A stretch of 64,000 nucleotides of DNA from Schmidtea polychroa (Eukaryota). Positions 48,370 through 64,000 of this stretch are shown piece by piece (positions within the stretch are counted from its first letter, which is position 1; each line of letters opens with the position of its first letter). The notes beneath the pieces were generated by a model. It did not search any database. It worked only from the letters and a program-made list of their open reading frames with translations, and was not told the DNA's origin. The position numbers were made by a program, and so were the translations under genes. Where the stretch lies: positions 37,574,001 to 37,638,000 of the forward strand of contig CM097885.1 of assembly GCA_044892525.1 (NCBI GenBank), in the 5' to 3' direction.

Positions 48370-48754
48370 AGGTGTGCCGTGAAATTTTTATAAAAAAAGT
48401 AAAAAAAACCCTGTTTTTCCAAACAACTTAATAAAAGGAAATTGAATTGTGGTTATTTCAAATTTAAATTTTAATCAGTCAATTAAGTGCGAAATTTGTT
48501 TGTTTACAATCATATTTATATTTCTTACTAGAAATATTGACTATCTAAAATACGTAAGCAGCTTAATTATGTTTATTTAGAATCTTAAATATTAAATAAT
48601 AATATTTTTTAGTTTATAAGTTTTTCATTTCTTATTAAAAAATTAGTAAAAGTGCAATAAAAAATTGCAAATAAAGCAAAAAAAAATTTAGATGTGCCGC
48701 GAAAATTTTAATTCAGCCAAGTGTGCCGTGGCTCAAAAAGTTTGGACAACTCTG
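48370..48754 (+). mobile_element. hAT (Charlie-like) non-autonomous fragment, right end
   Basis: Repeated GTGTGCCG(T/C)G subterminal motifs ending AAAAGTTTGGACAACTCTG; left end not found. Confidence 0.4.
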
Positions 48755-49928
48755 TCCTAATCCTTTACAAATTACACCTGAATTCCAAATCAAAATTTTG
48801 TTTGTTTCATTTGGATTAACGCTATCATTAATATTTTTAAAGGAAAAGATAAAAGCTCTATTTCCTTAAGATGATATCTTTCGATTTTCACTTTTATAAA
48901 TTATATTCAATTTCATACTCAATATTGATTTTTGACTCATTTAACCCTTATCCAATAGATTCTTTAATACTTATATTTATAAATATGTAGTAGTGCCGAT
49001 GTAATGGTACTTTTTCTTTTACCACGGATGTTAAACACTAACCTTTTATTAATATTGAATTGAGTCAAGTTTCATTCATTATAAAACTTATTGTATATAA
49101 TAATAAATAATATATCATAATTATTTTAATAATCTATCATTATATTATGGCAATTGTTGTCAGAGATCGTAGATTGGCAATATTTCGGGAAAAGTTTATT
49201 TATCGTTTTATTCCAATTTGCTTAAATAATTTTTAAGATAAGAGCCGGCTCTACCATTAAGGCAAACTAGGCGGTCGCCTAGGGCGCTATCCAGAGAGGG
49301 GCGACAAAATGTGTAATCGCCATTATTAAAAAATAACTAATAATTAATAACTTTGATTATATTATAAAAACTATAGACACAGGGTAATATAATAAGATAA
49401 TTATTGTATTTAATATAAATCTTTTAATTTCTAACATTGCAGATGGTTATCTAATTTTAAAGTTGATTTAGAGACCGCTCCAGCGCATGACGCGGCGTTC
49501 TAAAACACGTGCAATTTTGATTTTTAATTCTGCCGAGAACTGTTCTCGGAGAACGTACTTTTCGATGTTATTGTTTGTGTATCACCATTTTTATCGCACA
49601 CAACGAAATACAAACAGTCGCAGTAAACACATAACAGTTATAGTTTACACCTAAATCCAGAATATAAAAGTTTCTATTATCTAAAAAAATAATCGATAAA
49701 ATTATACTATAGCAACACACAAACTTACCTGTGTGCAAAAATTTAATGTTCCGAATGTTAAAAGTTTTATTATAGGAATTGAGAAAGTGACAGAAAAATA
49801 ATTTTACATACAAACACAGCACACATAATATAAAATACACGTAAATTTAATATAACTTTTTTTATTCCGAAAGTAGAAAGTCATTAATATACTGTTAACA
49901 TATCATTAATTTAAAATTATTAAAATTT

Positions 49929-50335
49929 ATGGCTGAAAAAAATTTGGAATTTGAATCTGACAACTCAATTTTGAGTTTTCGAGAAAAGGACGACAAAACA
50001 TCGTAAGATCTATTTATAAAATATTTTTGAAGTTAATACTTCTTTAGATTTTCAGATATTTCTTTGGAAACACTTCCATTTTGCGAAGGTGAGGATCTGA
50101 CAATGTAAGAATTTTTTTATTTAATTACAAATAATTAAAATATTTTACAGCATATCAGATATTTCTAGTCAAAGGCCGTTGTGTGAAGATATTCAACAAG
50201 TTACATCGACATCTTTGGAATTGAAGAAAAAAATTCAAAAATCGTAATTTTTAATAACTTATTTAAAAAAAATAATATTTCCATAGAATTTCAGAAAATG
50301 ACAAAATCCGACTACATCGTCAAAGAGGCTATTAA
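49929..50335 (+). CDS. Predicted small 4-exon gene inside the hAT
   Basis: Exons 49929-50002, 50048-50104, 50151-50243, 50287-50335 with three phase-2 GT-AG introns of 43-46 nt that keep frame. Confidence 0.45.
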
Positions 50336-50999
50336 AAATGAGCTGGAGAAAGAAGATAACAAAAACTTAAAAAACAATTTTATCCATATACGCCTAAATG
50401 TCTTAAAAAAATAAATGTGTTTGGTGATTATTTTATTTCTTTTTAGTTAAAAATATATCTAACTTACGTTTTATTGAAATAATTCCAAATTCATAACATG
50501 TCTTAAAATACCTAAAAAAACACCTGAAATTTAATTATCAATATTTTATATTATAAATGCTGATACAAGTAATATTTAAGAGCTTGAATAATGATCTCAT
50601 AATTATATATAATCAAAATTCAAGTCTTAAAATATACTTAAATTTAAAAAAACTTACTTCTAAAACCATAAAATAAAATTGAATTGAAATGAAAAATGAA
50701 ATAAACTCTCTCATAAATGGTGAGTCATCAACTGATGAACACACCAACATGTATTATAGAGACTTTTAACATGTGGAATTAGGTGTAATGATAATTACAG
50801 TTTTACTGATAAGTGTAATTTTGTTCATTATTAGAAATATAATTGAGTCAGTGAAGTTACGTGCAGTAAATTTTATTTTGTTTTCTTTCATACTACTAAA
50901 CATTAAACACTTCTTTGCTGGTAAGTATAATAGCAAATATCACTTTGTTGTATTAAAATAATTAAATATTATATATAGTGGTACATTAGTACTTTTAAA

Positions 51000-53542
51000 A
51001 TGTCATCAAAAAAGCCACCAGGATTTCAAAATCGTAAGCGCAAAACTCTCAGAGCTCAAGAGCGTCAGAAGGAAAGTGGTCGACTGTTAAAGTTTTTCAA
51101 ATCAAGTCTTGATGTTTCCGCCACCAGCGACTTGGATAGATGTGTAGGACAATCAGATGTACAACAAAATATGACAGATCACGCGGATGAAGGTATTTCA
51201 AAAAAAGAAGAAAATAAAAGAGATGAAGGTGTGTCAGAGTTTGATATTATGATGCAAAGCAAATGCTCACATGAAATTAAATCCAGTACCAGTGCCACGA
51301 TTAATTATGTAGATTACAATGACCCAGGAAACTGGCCTGACTATTGTAATGATAATCTTTGTCAGATTTTATTACATAATCCACCACTTCAAATTATTAC
51401 ATATAATTTTCCCAAAGATTCCAAAAATTTTCCAAAATTTTCCAAAAAAGATTCCTCAATTCACTACAAGAGAAAACTAGCCAATGGTGAAGAAGTATAC
51501 CGTTCATGGTTGATATATCCAACTATAAAAGATGCGATTTTTTGCTTTTGCTGCAAGTTATTTAACCAAAACAGCTCGTCAATCCTAGAAAGATCATGAT
51601 CAAAAGACTGGAAAAATATTGGAGCAATTCTATCTTCACATGAAAAGAATACTTTCTATTTAGACAACTTTCAGCCGTGGAAAGAACTTGATGTACGTAT
51701 ATCCAAAGAAAAAACAATTGATAATATTAACCAGCAGAATATCAAAGAAGAAGAACAATATGGAAGGCAAATTTTGGAACGTTTGATCGCTTTGATCAGA
51801 GTACTTGCCACTCAAAACTTAGCATTTCGTGGAACAAATGAAAAGTTGTACAGTAACAACAACGGTAATTTTTTGAAGTTTGTAGAATATCTAGCTTTCT
51901 TTGACCCTGTTATGAACGAACATTTGCGCAGAGTCAAAAATCAAGACATTATGGTGCATTATCTTGGAAAAGATATTCAAAATGAACGTATGCAGATCCT
52001 AGCAAGCTATTAAAAATAAAATTTTGTCACTTGTGAAATCGGCAAAATATTACTTAATTATTTTGGATTGCACACCAGACGTTAGTCATATTGAACAGAT
52101 GCTTATGATTATACGTTTTGTTGATATTATCAAACCGTTAGATAGTGAGATAATAATAAGAGAACATTTCCTAGAATTTGTTCCATTAGAAGAAACTACT
52201 GGGGCATTCATAACAGAAACTTTGATTAAAAAGCTTGAGCAAATGGAATTCCAAATTGAAAATCTCCGTGGACAAGGGCATGATAATGGAAGTAAAATGA
52301 ATGGAAAAGAAAAAGGTGTACAAGACAGAATTCTAAACATAAACCGACAAGCCTTTTTTATTCCCGGCAATGTACATTCTTTAAACTTAGTTGTCAATGA
52401 TGCTTCTAAATGTTACCTAGAAGCGACTAATTACTTCAGTTTAGTTACTTCTCTGCATCGACTCAACGTTGGCATGTGTTACTAGCCATATCGTGAATTT
52501 AACAGTTAAACCATTGAGCGAAACAAGATGGGAAGTAGGATTGATGCTTTGAAGCCTATAAGGTATCAGCTTGGTGCAATATATGATGCTTTAATGGATA
52601 TTTTTGATGACCCAAGACTAAATAATTCATCTGGTAATACTTCCCGAACGGACGCAAAGGCTCTTGATGATGCAATTTGTAAATTCAAGTTTAGGGTATC
52701 CCTTGTCACATGGTACAACATTCTTAATGAAGTTAATGTTAAAAGCAAAATATTACAAAAAGAGGATTCTGCTATAAATTCAGCTACAAAACAACTTCAA
52801 GTAACTAAGAATTACCTCTTAAAATGTATGAGTGATAATGGTTTTGAACAAATTTTAATTGATGCTGCCTAGAATACAAAGGAATTAGAAACAGAAGCGA
52901 AGTTTGAGCCAGATGAATGTAGAAGAAGGAGACATAAACGGCAGTTTGAATATGAAGCTCAAGACGAGGCACCACAAGATCCTAAACATAAATTCAAAGT
53001 AGAATTCTACTACATTATCTTGGACATGGCTATACAGTCTATTGAAGAGAGGTTCCAACAAATAGTACAACATGATATTTTATTTGACTTCCTTTATGAT
53101 ATATCCAATATCAACAAAAAGGCATCTGCGGATATACTTACTGACTGCAAACATTTAGAAACGTCTTTGACGAATAAAGATAATAAAGATATTGATGCCT
53201 TTGATCTTTGTAATAAGCTTCAAGTAGTAGCTCAAAGGCTTCCAAAGCCTATGTCACCATCAGAAGTGCTCCTCTATATCATGCAAAAAAATTGGAAGAT
53301 TGTGTACCAAATGTTGTTATTTCCTTGAGAATATTATTAACACTTGCAGTGTCCGTGACTAGTGAAGAACGAAGTTTTTTAAAATTGTAATTAATTAAAA
53401 GTTACTTGCGTTCAACTATGTGGCAAAGCAGACTTGTGGACTTAACAACAATTTCAATAGAATGTGATTACGCTTCGACACTGGAATTGAAGGAATTAGT
53501 AGAAACCTTTGTGAGGAAGAAGGCAAGAAAAATTAAATTTTA
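51000..53542 (+). pseudogene. ZMYM1/Tip100-like hAT transposase pseudogene with many stops and frameshifts
   Basis: RSWLIY..FCFCCKLF (TTF Zn finger), LAFRG..NGNFL, LDCTPDVSH, RGQGHDNG, dimerisation-domain remnant near 53350. Confidence 0.88.
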
Positions 53543-54038
53543 ATTTTGTAAGGTTTATGCAATTGATAATAAATTAATATGTCACTTTAAATTTATTGTT
53601 TTCTTATATATATTTATATATGTTTTTTATTAATTTGTGTGAAAGGGGGCGTTTTAATAAGTTTTGCCTAGGGCGATAAATAAGCTGGCGCCTGTTTAAG
53701 ATTAAATAAATTACTAAAATTAAATGTAAATATTAAATAGAGAAATTGCATAAACATTTATTTCAATAAGAAACATTTTATTTTAAAATAATATTTAATA
53801 AAATGTGTTTAATTATATCGTTTAATCAAATTAAAATTTATATAATATAATATAATAATATAATATAATAACAAAATAATATATATATATATATATAATA
53901 ATATTATAAGAACTTTTTTTTCCAATTTCACCACTGATTTCCTTTTCATTGAATTTATTAAAAAGATCTTGAAGACTAAAAATCATTAATATATCGATGT
54001 TTTTGATACGAATTTTCGGCACAACCTCTTTCAAGTGA

Positions 54039-54144
<106 letters not shown>

Positions 54145-55679
54145 ACTAACTTGTATAACTAATAAAATAAAAATTAAATAATTAAAAATTATTATTAATG
54201 AAAATACCTAATTAAATAAAAGTATTTCATAATGGCACACAATTTAAAATCTCGCTTTAGTTATTCATACATGGATGCAGTGGAATATTTATAAATTACT
54301 GTTTTTAATAAGTAGTATGACAGGGAGAGGCAGGTGCCATAAAGTGGTCAAAATAGGACAAACTTGTCTACTCTTGACATGCAAATTACTATAAAAAATA
54401 ATGAAATCTTTTTGTGAATTAATCATAACTAAAGATATGAAAATAAGGATATTATAAACAAATTTAAAGAATATTTAATTAGTTATACGAGGCCTCAATG
54501 TTAAATCAGTAGTTAGACGGAAAAGTTTAAAAACGGAAGCTTATGTCTAATTTCTGTAGAGAAGAATGCGCATAAACATTTTACTGTTTGTTTAAACAAG
54601 GAAAATGAGCCATAATATTTTTAATAAAGTTTTCATTAAAAACTTAAAGAAGTGAATAAAAATAAAATGAATTTCAGTTAACATAGATAGTGTTGAATTT
54701 TCAATTTCATTCAGCCTAACTATCCCACAAATAAAAAACTTAACAAAGTTTTATTTAATATAACAAAATGTTTATCTTTTATAAGGAAATTACTAACGAA
54801 ATGATTCCTTTTCAATAAATATGTTAAATTCGTTAAGCGGAAATGTTTCTTGTTTATCTTCGTCAATTTTAAGTTGATAAAGAATAAATGGTTCATTCGT
54901 ATTTTCAGGGATGATTGATTCAAAATTTCTAAAGGTTTGCCAAAATTCAAATTTTTATGGTTGCATTCTTTTAAAGTTTGCAGAAAGTTGGTTAACTGGC
55001 GCTCGCTAGGAACTTCAAAATTTTAATTTTCAAGGTTTTTTCATCACTAGATTAGCGCATATTAATTTGTTTGAATTCTTGATTTCTAGCTTGAGATGCT
55101 CAATAATAACTTCTTTAGCTTTTTTATTGATTCCGATTTTTGGTTGACTCTTCAAAATCTCATCATGAGTGTGTTCGGTAATTGTTTCAAAACGGATAAC
55201 AAACATATCACCACTATTTTACTAAAGATACATAACTTTAGCACACTACGGGCTTCTCTTTATAAGATTGCGGTGATACACTTCTTTACGCTTGACCTCT
55301 GTGTCAAAAAAAGCTCTTGTCAAATGATCACAAATCGTTTGAACGAAGCCAGTCAATGCTCTCGGTTTTTAAATACTTAAATTGTAATTCATGTACAACT
55401 TTGTCTTGGTATTTGGTTATTCAGTCATCTTTGGACTCTGATTCACTTTCTTCTGAATGATGTTGCTAATTTTTGGTAATCAGTTTCACTTATATTGGAC
55501 ATTTTAGAGATTTTTAGGGAAATATATAAATATTTAAGAAAAATATAACAATTTATAGAATTGTTATTGAAAATTAATTTAGGATTAAGATTAATAAATT
55601 TAAGATTCCATTCAATTTATTTAAGCTTGCGATTATCTATTTTTAGGATCTCATCTAATTACAATTATTCATTCCAACA

Positions 55680-56125
55680 GGAACAGCAGGTTATAGAATG
55701 AATTCGTAATATTACAATTAATTTACTGTTCGAATGAACTTTCTCGCTGTAATGACATCGATGTATAACGCTAAGACCTTTTGAATTATGATAACTGCTT
55801 CTCATCATCCCAGATATGATAATGGATTTAGGTTAGTTGATCCAGATGGTGAAATGCTTATAATTATAATGAAATGGTAATTCATTGCCATGAAATCTGT
55901 TAAATGGAAGTTCGATAATATCAATTGAAAAGATAATGGCTTTTGAATTCAGACACAAATTTTGCAGCTGGATTAAAAAATTGCGGAAATACTTGCTATT
56001 TTAATTCATTGCTACAAGTTCATTTCAATATTTTTGAACTGAAAGAGGCTATGTTGTGGATATTCCTGGGGAAGTCATCATCAAGAGGCTTTAAAAAAGT
56101 ATTGAGAAATTATTTTCAGTATTAA
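55680..56125 (+). pseudogene. Ubiquitin-specific protease (C19) fragment with Cys box
   Basis: GLKNCGNTCYFNSLLQ; upstream frame contains stops; no His box seen. Confidence 0.7.
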
Positions 56126-56267
56126 CAAATATTATTTATTCCAATTTATTATCTATTTCTGAATATTTTTCTATCAAAATTGATAAAATTGTTTCAAATT
56201 ATCCATGTCAACATCAACTAAATCATTAAAGATATTATGTGACATTTAGATCATTTTTAAAATAGTT

Positions 56268-56352
<85 letters not shown>

Positions 56353-56359
<7 letters not shown>

Positions 56360-56520
56360 TAAAACAATAAAGTGATAATTTAAGCCTTTTGCTGCGAAAA
56401 ATATATTTAATGAAAAAAATTTCGACTATAAGATAGTCCTTGTCAATCGAAAATATTTTTCATTAAATACATTATTCGCACCAAAAGGCTTAAATTATCA
56501 CTTTATTGTTTTAAATAATA
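56353..56520. repeat. ~168-bp foldback / MITE-like hairpin
   Basis: TATTATTTAAAACAATAAAGTGATAATTTAAGCCTTTTG has an exact reverse complement ending at 56520; imperfect pairing continues inward. Confidence 0.8.
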
Positions 56521-56603
56521 AATGCAGTTACCAAGAAATCATCACTTTATACTTGTTATTATTGTTATTATTATTGTTATTATTATTATTATTGTTATTA
56601 TTA

Positions 56604-56692
<89 letters not shown>

Positions 56693-57399
56693 ATTATTAT
56701 TAGTATTATTATTATAAATAACATAACTGGATCCGATTAAAATTTTAAATAAATAAATTTATTTTATTTTTTACTTAAGAATCTTAGAATTTTATTTCAA
56801 TTTTAATAATTATTAATTAGTTTCATTTTTCTCATCTATTTTCTAATTTGTCAAGCTAATTAGTTATTGAATATTATTACTCTTTACTCTGATTTATTTA
56901 TAATTAATTTTTTGAAGCTTCACATCTGTAACTCTTCAGTTAACACTTCGACGGTGAAGAGTTAATAAAATAAAAAAAATATCCAATCAAGAAATTTAAA
57001 TTCGATTTCAGTAATTGGTTTGAAAAATCGTGTTAATATAATTCTAAATTAATTTTATCCATTATTCAATTCATTTTTCTCGAAAGAAATACGGAATTCG
57101 ACATACTCAGCAGCAGGAAACCGTTCTAGTCTTCAAAGATATAAAAAGAAATTTAAAAAAAATATTATTTTAAAATTAATATTTTTTAGTCTTCGAATTT
57201 ACGCGAAACACTAAAATATTGCTGAAATTAATTAAAATAATTAATTAAAATATATTAATTAATAATTGATTTTAACATTAAATTGATTAGCCATTAATAG
57301 ACTATAATAGATATAAAAAGTTTTTATGGGAATTATAAAAATAATGAAATATTATTTTTAGTATTTTTTATTCATCAATTAAAAAGTAAATAGTCATAC

Positions 57400-57800
57400 T
57401 GATCCTGTTGATAATAACTTCAATGGGAATACCCTCAACAGGAAATTCAAGCACCGCTTCTTTGGCCTCAACAATGCTGAAACAAACTTGGAGCAATGAA
57501 TAAAGATGACAGATCTTTCTGTAATCTTTTAATCCAGTTGTAAATTTTGTGTTTAAATTTAAAATTCCACTATCTTCCCAATTGACACTATCGAAATTCC
57601 ATGCCAATGAATTTCCATTTCATTATAAGCATTTCACCCTCTGGATCAACTAACTTAATTACATCATATCCGGGATTATAAAAAGCAATTATCATACAGT
57701 TTTAGCTTTTATATATCAATCTCATTGCAGCGAGAAAGTTCATTCGAACGCTAAATCCATTTCAATATTACGAATTCATTCTATAACCTGTTGGTCCAGA
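57400..57800 (-). pseudogene. Inverted, more diverged copy of the USP fragment
   Basis: GLKDYRKICHLYSLLQ; shares CAGGTTATAGAATGAATTCGTAATATT and GTTCGAATGAACTTTCTCGCTG with 55690-55750 in inverted orientation. Confidence 0.7.
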
Positions 57801-58451
57801 AGGTATTGACTTGCACGAATCATGAATATTACTGGAATTTATTATAGGATTTAGTTTATCATTCATTAAAATATTTAAAATTATTTCCTCAAAAAATAAC
57901 TTTTTCAAGATGCTTTATTTAAAATTAGCGATACAATTTCAATTAAATTACAATTACAATTAAATTACAATTTTAAACAAAACAGATTTCTATAACAAAA
58001 TTAATAAAATATTAACAATTTAATTAAACTAAGTCACTCTTTAACATTTTTTATCTTCAATTAATTAATTAATAATCTTTATTTAATTTTAATTATTATT
58101 TCAATGTATACTTACAAGCTCAAAATAATATATTAAACAAATATAAATATAATTTTTGAATAATTTTCATTTCGTCTCAAAAATGAGAAGTTTTTTCAAT
58201 GATTGCATTTCTTACATTAAATCAAAATTGTCTAACAAATTTATTTTTAAAAAAATAATAAGAAATAATAAGATTTTTAATTTAATAAATATGACAATAT
58301 GACAAACAATTCACAATATATATTTGAATGTTTCGCCGAATTAGTGAACTTGTCTATTTCAAGAAATGGAGAGCTTTCTGCATAATTAGTGAAATAAACA
58401 AATAAATATGTATTTAATTTTATTCAATAATTTTATTCTAACATTGAAGCT

Positions 58452-58602
<151 letters not shown>

Positions 58603-60026
58603 GTAATAATAATAATAATATTCTTTATTCAACAATTTGAAAGAATCCAAACAAATACATCTCTCATGTTATTTTTGTAAAAACAGTTTCTTTTTTATGT
58701 TTATAATATGAACACAATATTAGTTGTAGAATTAGCAAATGAAATTAAATTTTAAAAATATTATAATACTTGATCTTCTATATTTTTCTGGGGTTTCAAT
58801 AAGTATATAAACCATATTTTTTCACAATCATTAAAATATGTGGAGATTATAATGCATAAGACAAGCATTTTATCACAGATACAAATGTCTAAAAGTTGAC
58901 GTGATTCTCAGCATTCAAACAAACAAAATAATAACTGAATTCCTAATCATTATCTAATTTGAATTTCTTATCATCAGGATTAAAATTTCCCATTTAATTA
59001 ATTCCCTGGATTTGAAGATTGCCTGTATTGATTTATCAAAAAAAAGAACTCCGTCACTAGTAATAATATAAATTATTTTTTCAACTGAAAAGTTTATATG
59101 AAAAATATTTGAAATATAATCCATATATGTGACAATACTGATCTGATCAGTTCGACAACATCCCGGGAAAATTAGCATAGATATTATAACGACATCGACA
59201 ACGACAACGACGACAACAACAACACAATCTCACATAAAGCAGCAAAAAAGTATAAATTACTGTCATCTATCAAGTCTGGTTCGATTTCATGAAAATAAAT
59301 GGAAAACGTCAATAGGGCGCTGTTTTTAACCTTCTCCCGGATTTCGAGTTTGTTCTATGGATGGCGGTCAAGGAGATATTGACAGATAATAAATGAGCTT
59401 TCACAGCTACTTATTCAAGTGATAAATAATGAGATTGGATTTCCTAGCCCATTGACAAATCGTTTTCCGCTACCATAAAATGATATGTCACATTAGCATT
59501 TTTAATTCATTTTATTTATTAACCCCCAATAATATTTCCGAAAATTTCACTTGGAGAAATATAAGGAAAATAATATTCACTTGAGCATTATCGATTATTT
59601 CTCAGTGCTATTTTGGGATAGAATTATTTTTGGGGTTTTGTTTTAATTTTACAAAATCAATACTATGTTTATTTGATTTAAATTATATTTATATATTAAA
59701 TATTATTTTATATTATTTTATATTTTTATATTTTAAACCCTTGTAATGACTGCAAGAAAAATCTACACATTAACACTACAATATGCTAAAAATATAATTT
59801 GGATTTGAGAATTCTAAGAAGATGTTACAGAAGGCCCTTATAACACCAGAGAATGAAAACATCCAGAATATTACAATCATGAAATATGATCTTTTAAATA
59901 GTGGTGCCATTTCCACGGCGTCATTTACATGGTTAAGCTATTAAATGGCACAATATACTCTCTTTGAAGTTTGTATTCTTTTAATAAGGCGCAAACAAAA
60001 AAAAAATGTTCAACCTCTTATAATTA

Positions 60027-60344
60027 ATGAGGAATCGCATTGAACATAATAACAGGATTTATATCCTAAAAACTGAGAAGGCTTTAAGTACACAGAAAGC
60101 GATCAAAATGGGTACGTGTGGTTTTCCGATGGTATTAACAGGTGAAAAAAAGTCTTTTCTCACCTGTAACAGTTCAATACCTCATTGTGTTGATGCTATG
60201 AAAGAATCTTTAAATGGCATAAATATTGTCCAATTAATGATTCCTTCTGGAACTACTCATTGTCTGCTCGATATCGTGATCAAGAAGCCGTTAAAAGATC
60301 ATATTAAAAAAGATTTGAATGTTAGGTTTGTTTTTAACGATTAA
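60027..60344 (+). pseudogene. pogo-type DDE_1 transposase remnant
   Basis: IPSGTTHCLLDIVIKKPLKD resembles IPxGxTxxLQPLDxxxNKPFK. Confidence 0.5.
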
Positions 60345-60789
60345 AACTATTTGCACTATCTGACTCCAAAAGATACTGCTCGTTTAAGTAATTAAAAAAT
60401 CTCGATTTCAATAATAAAATGTATTTAAATTATAAATAAAACACATTATTGCACACAAGTGCACAAAGAAAACCTCGACACAATAGTTTCACTAAAAGAA
60501 CTGTTGTCTCAATTCCCATATCTAATTTTAGTATGAATTCCAAGCAACGGTTACAAACGATTTAATCAATTAAATTGATAATCGTTTTCTGTAAATATTT
60601 GTATGATAATGTTAGGTAAATTAACTTCTATTACCTTTGTAATCGAAAATTTCCAACTCTTGTACAATAACTTTCTGATTTATTCCAATATCAACTCGTT
60701 CAAATGATTCTCGACTAGGTCGCTTCTCAAAATTTTTCAAACGATTTCTCTGGTCACACAAAATATGTTGATAAGTATTTATAGTTAAG

Positions 60790-61108
60790 CAGTGGCGTAG
60801 CTAGAAATTTTGGGCCTCTATGCAAAGAGTCATAGATGGCCCCCCTATACTGCATACACAAGTGAAATAGGTGCAGAGCACCATAGCGCCGCAGTAAAAA
60901 ATATTTTGGCCCCCTTTGGAAGCACAATTGAATTAGATCAGGGTTTCCCAAACTTTTCCTGCGTCGGAACACTTCGTAACTCTCGAAATTTTGAAGGAAC
61001 ACGTTGTTTATTTTGCTGAAGAAAATTAAGGAAACTTGGAAAAAAGGCCCCATTTCTTGTGGGACCCTATGCATTGCTTACTCTTGCTATATGGTAGCTA
61101 CACCACTG
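60790..61108. mobile_element. hAT-type MITE
   Basis: TIRs CAGTGGCGTAGCTA / TAGCTACACCACTG; TSD TAGTTAAG / TAGTTAAC (7 of 8 match). Confidence 0.8.
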
Positions 61109-61760
61109 TAGTTAACTACAGTTTCAAGAATCAAATTTCAGATATCAATTTTCGATCGGTATTTTCTTATTATCAACTTGCCAGGCTAAAGTCTGACTAT
61201 ATATAATAAATTAAACAATTTCTAAATTAAGTAATGATAAATTACTATAAATATTTTTTTAAAAATAATTCCTATAATCCTATTTTTGTATGTTATATAT
61301 TACTATTAATACTTATATACTATTTTTAGTAATTGTAAAATTATTATTTTTGTTTATCTCTCAATTTCTGTTATTTTATGCTATTTAATCAACCCTATCA
61401 TAAACATTTATATTGAACTTTCAATAAATGCAAAGGAAATCAGGAGACGCGAAAATTAAAATCCGCAATAAATTAAATAAAATGATCACACTTGATATTA
61501 TGGGAAATGCTTATATTTCAATGGTCACTCATTTACGAACACTTATATTGGAAAACATGAAAGACTTGGAACAAATATGTTGAAAATTTCAACTGTAAAC
61601 AATCGTCCATTTGAATTACAATATGATATTTTCGAAGAAGATTAATTATTTATTTATGAAGTTGAAGAAATTTTGAAATAAATAATTTAATGAAAATGTT
61701 TTTATTTTACAATGTTTATTAACAAGCCCTCCACAAACCCGGTTTTTATTTAGTAAAACA

Positions 61761-61873
<113 letters not shown>

Positions 61874-62678
61874 GTATTATTTTTATTATTTTTATAATAC
61901 TATTATTATAAAGTAATATTTCCATTTTAAAAGTGTTGGTTAAAAATAAATTTTGTTTTAATTTTTTAAAAATGAATTAAATTTTTAGAAGTTGTTTAAT
62001 GATGTATAGTCATGACAACTTTGTTGCATAAGTGGATAAATATGAAGTTATCGTTAGTTGTTTATGTAGTAGTAGTTGTTGTTGTTTATGCGATTATTTT
62101 GTTTGAATTGATAAGGTAAATTGATAGATTGGTTAAAATAAAAAACTATGATTTCACCCCATTTTCAATTTGATATATTTTCTATTTCTTTTAACAGATT
62201 TAAAATTTGTTTGTTGGCCAATTTGACTAAAATGATTTTTATGTTTATTTTGATTTCATGTCAGTAACTGCGGTAAAATTGTGAGGTCTTTTATATAATG
62301 ATTAATTCCCAAATTTTAATGTTGAAATATTTTTTATCTCGTCTTTTTTGTATTCTTCGCAAGCCTTTCATTGTCATAATTCAATAAGGCGTAATTTAAT
62401 GAATTTAAAGCTTTCAATTAATTTTAATTTCTTTAAAATTTACAAAACCAAATCCTTATCTTTGTTTTCAGACAACACTTTAGCAAATAATATTTCACAA
62501 TATTGCTCAAAATGATCCAATGAAGACATTTTATAAAGGTGAATACAAAAGCCAGCAACTGAAGATTATTTTTAATTAGAACTTATCTTCATGGTTTTAC
62601 TCATTTGGTGTGGGGTTCAAAAAATTAATTATTTTTACTTTACTTTATTATTTATTGCTTTTATACTCCATTTATTTA

Positions 62679-63002
<324 letters not shown>

Positions 63003-63099
63003 TTAAACAAATAAATAAGAAGATCATCCTTCTGACAAAAGTATGTATTAAATGAAAAGAAATTCATACGTGGTGCGTTCAATAAGTACCCGGTCTATC

Positions 63100-63726
<627 letters not shown>

Positions 63727-64000
63727 GGTCTATCCTATAAAAATAATATTACTTTAAATTTATTATTCTAGTAACATCATAATATATGATTACAAAAATA
63801 GAGTTTGTTTTAATATTCACTTGCTTATGAGTGTGAGAAAGCATATTTTCAATTTATTTCTCAGATTATGCTATATCAAGTCGAGTATTGGATTTTGATT
63901 ATATTCATAGTTTTGCGTGGTGATAACAGTCAGCAAATATGGAATGAGTTGCAGACAAATTATGGCAATATAGGACCTTTTCGTACCTCAGAAGTATATA

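Larger units (their letters stand above)
49240..53694 (+). mobile_element. Decayed hAT (Tip100/ZMYM1-like) transposon
   Basis: 8-bp TSD TTTAAGAT at 49232-49239 and 53695-53702; degenerate TIRs; GCCTAGGGCG motif at both ends. Confidence 0.8.

Noticed and set aside
54700..55480. Coding-like minus-strand segment
   Set aside because: Multiple stops and no identifiable family.

Overview
Very AT-rich eukaryotic (probably invertebrate) DNA with (ATT)n and (AT)n microsatellites and short 41-49 nt GT-AG introns; a planarian-like host is a guess only. The window is almost all nested mobile DNA. The main element is a Polinton/Maverick (adintovirus-like) element B. Its right terminus is at 40467 and its left end is not visible. 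It carries a broken pPolB, an adenain-like protease, major and minor capsid proteins, an integrase with a chromodomain and a packaging ATPase. It also has an unusual accessory block: a compact TATA-binding-protein (TBP) homologue, a spliced Bcl-2 homologue that the ORF track misses, a 5-exon acidic protein with SUMO-interacting-motif (SIM)-like stretches, other spliced ORFs, and a subterminal array of AP-1 and nuclear-receptor-type sites. The pPolB 3' end is split by an 18-kb hAT insertion (6762-24652). That hAT holds an intact hATm-like element (7062-9913) and a 12.4-kb palindromic non-coding Polinton derivative (11728-24158, 6-bp target-site duplication, TSD). A second Polinton, A, ends at 5718 and encodes an N-terminally truncated pPolB. 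Right of 40.5 kb are a third pPolB relic split by another hAT, more hAT and pogo relics and MITEs, and inverted fragments of a ubiquitin-specific protease (USP) pseudogene. All protein identifications come from motif recognition by eye; no database searches were run.
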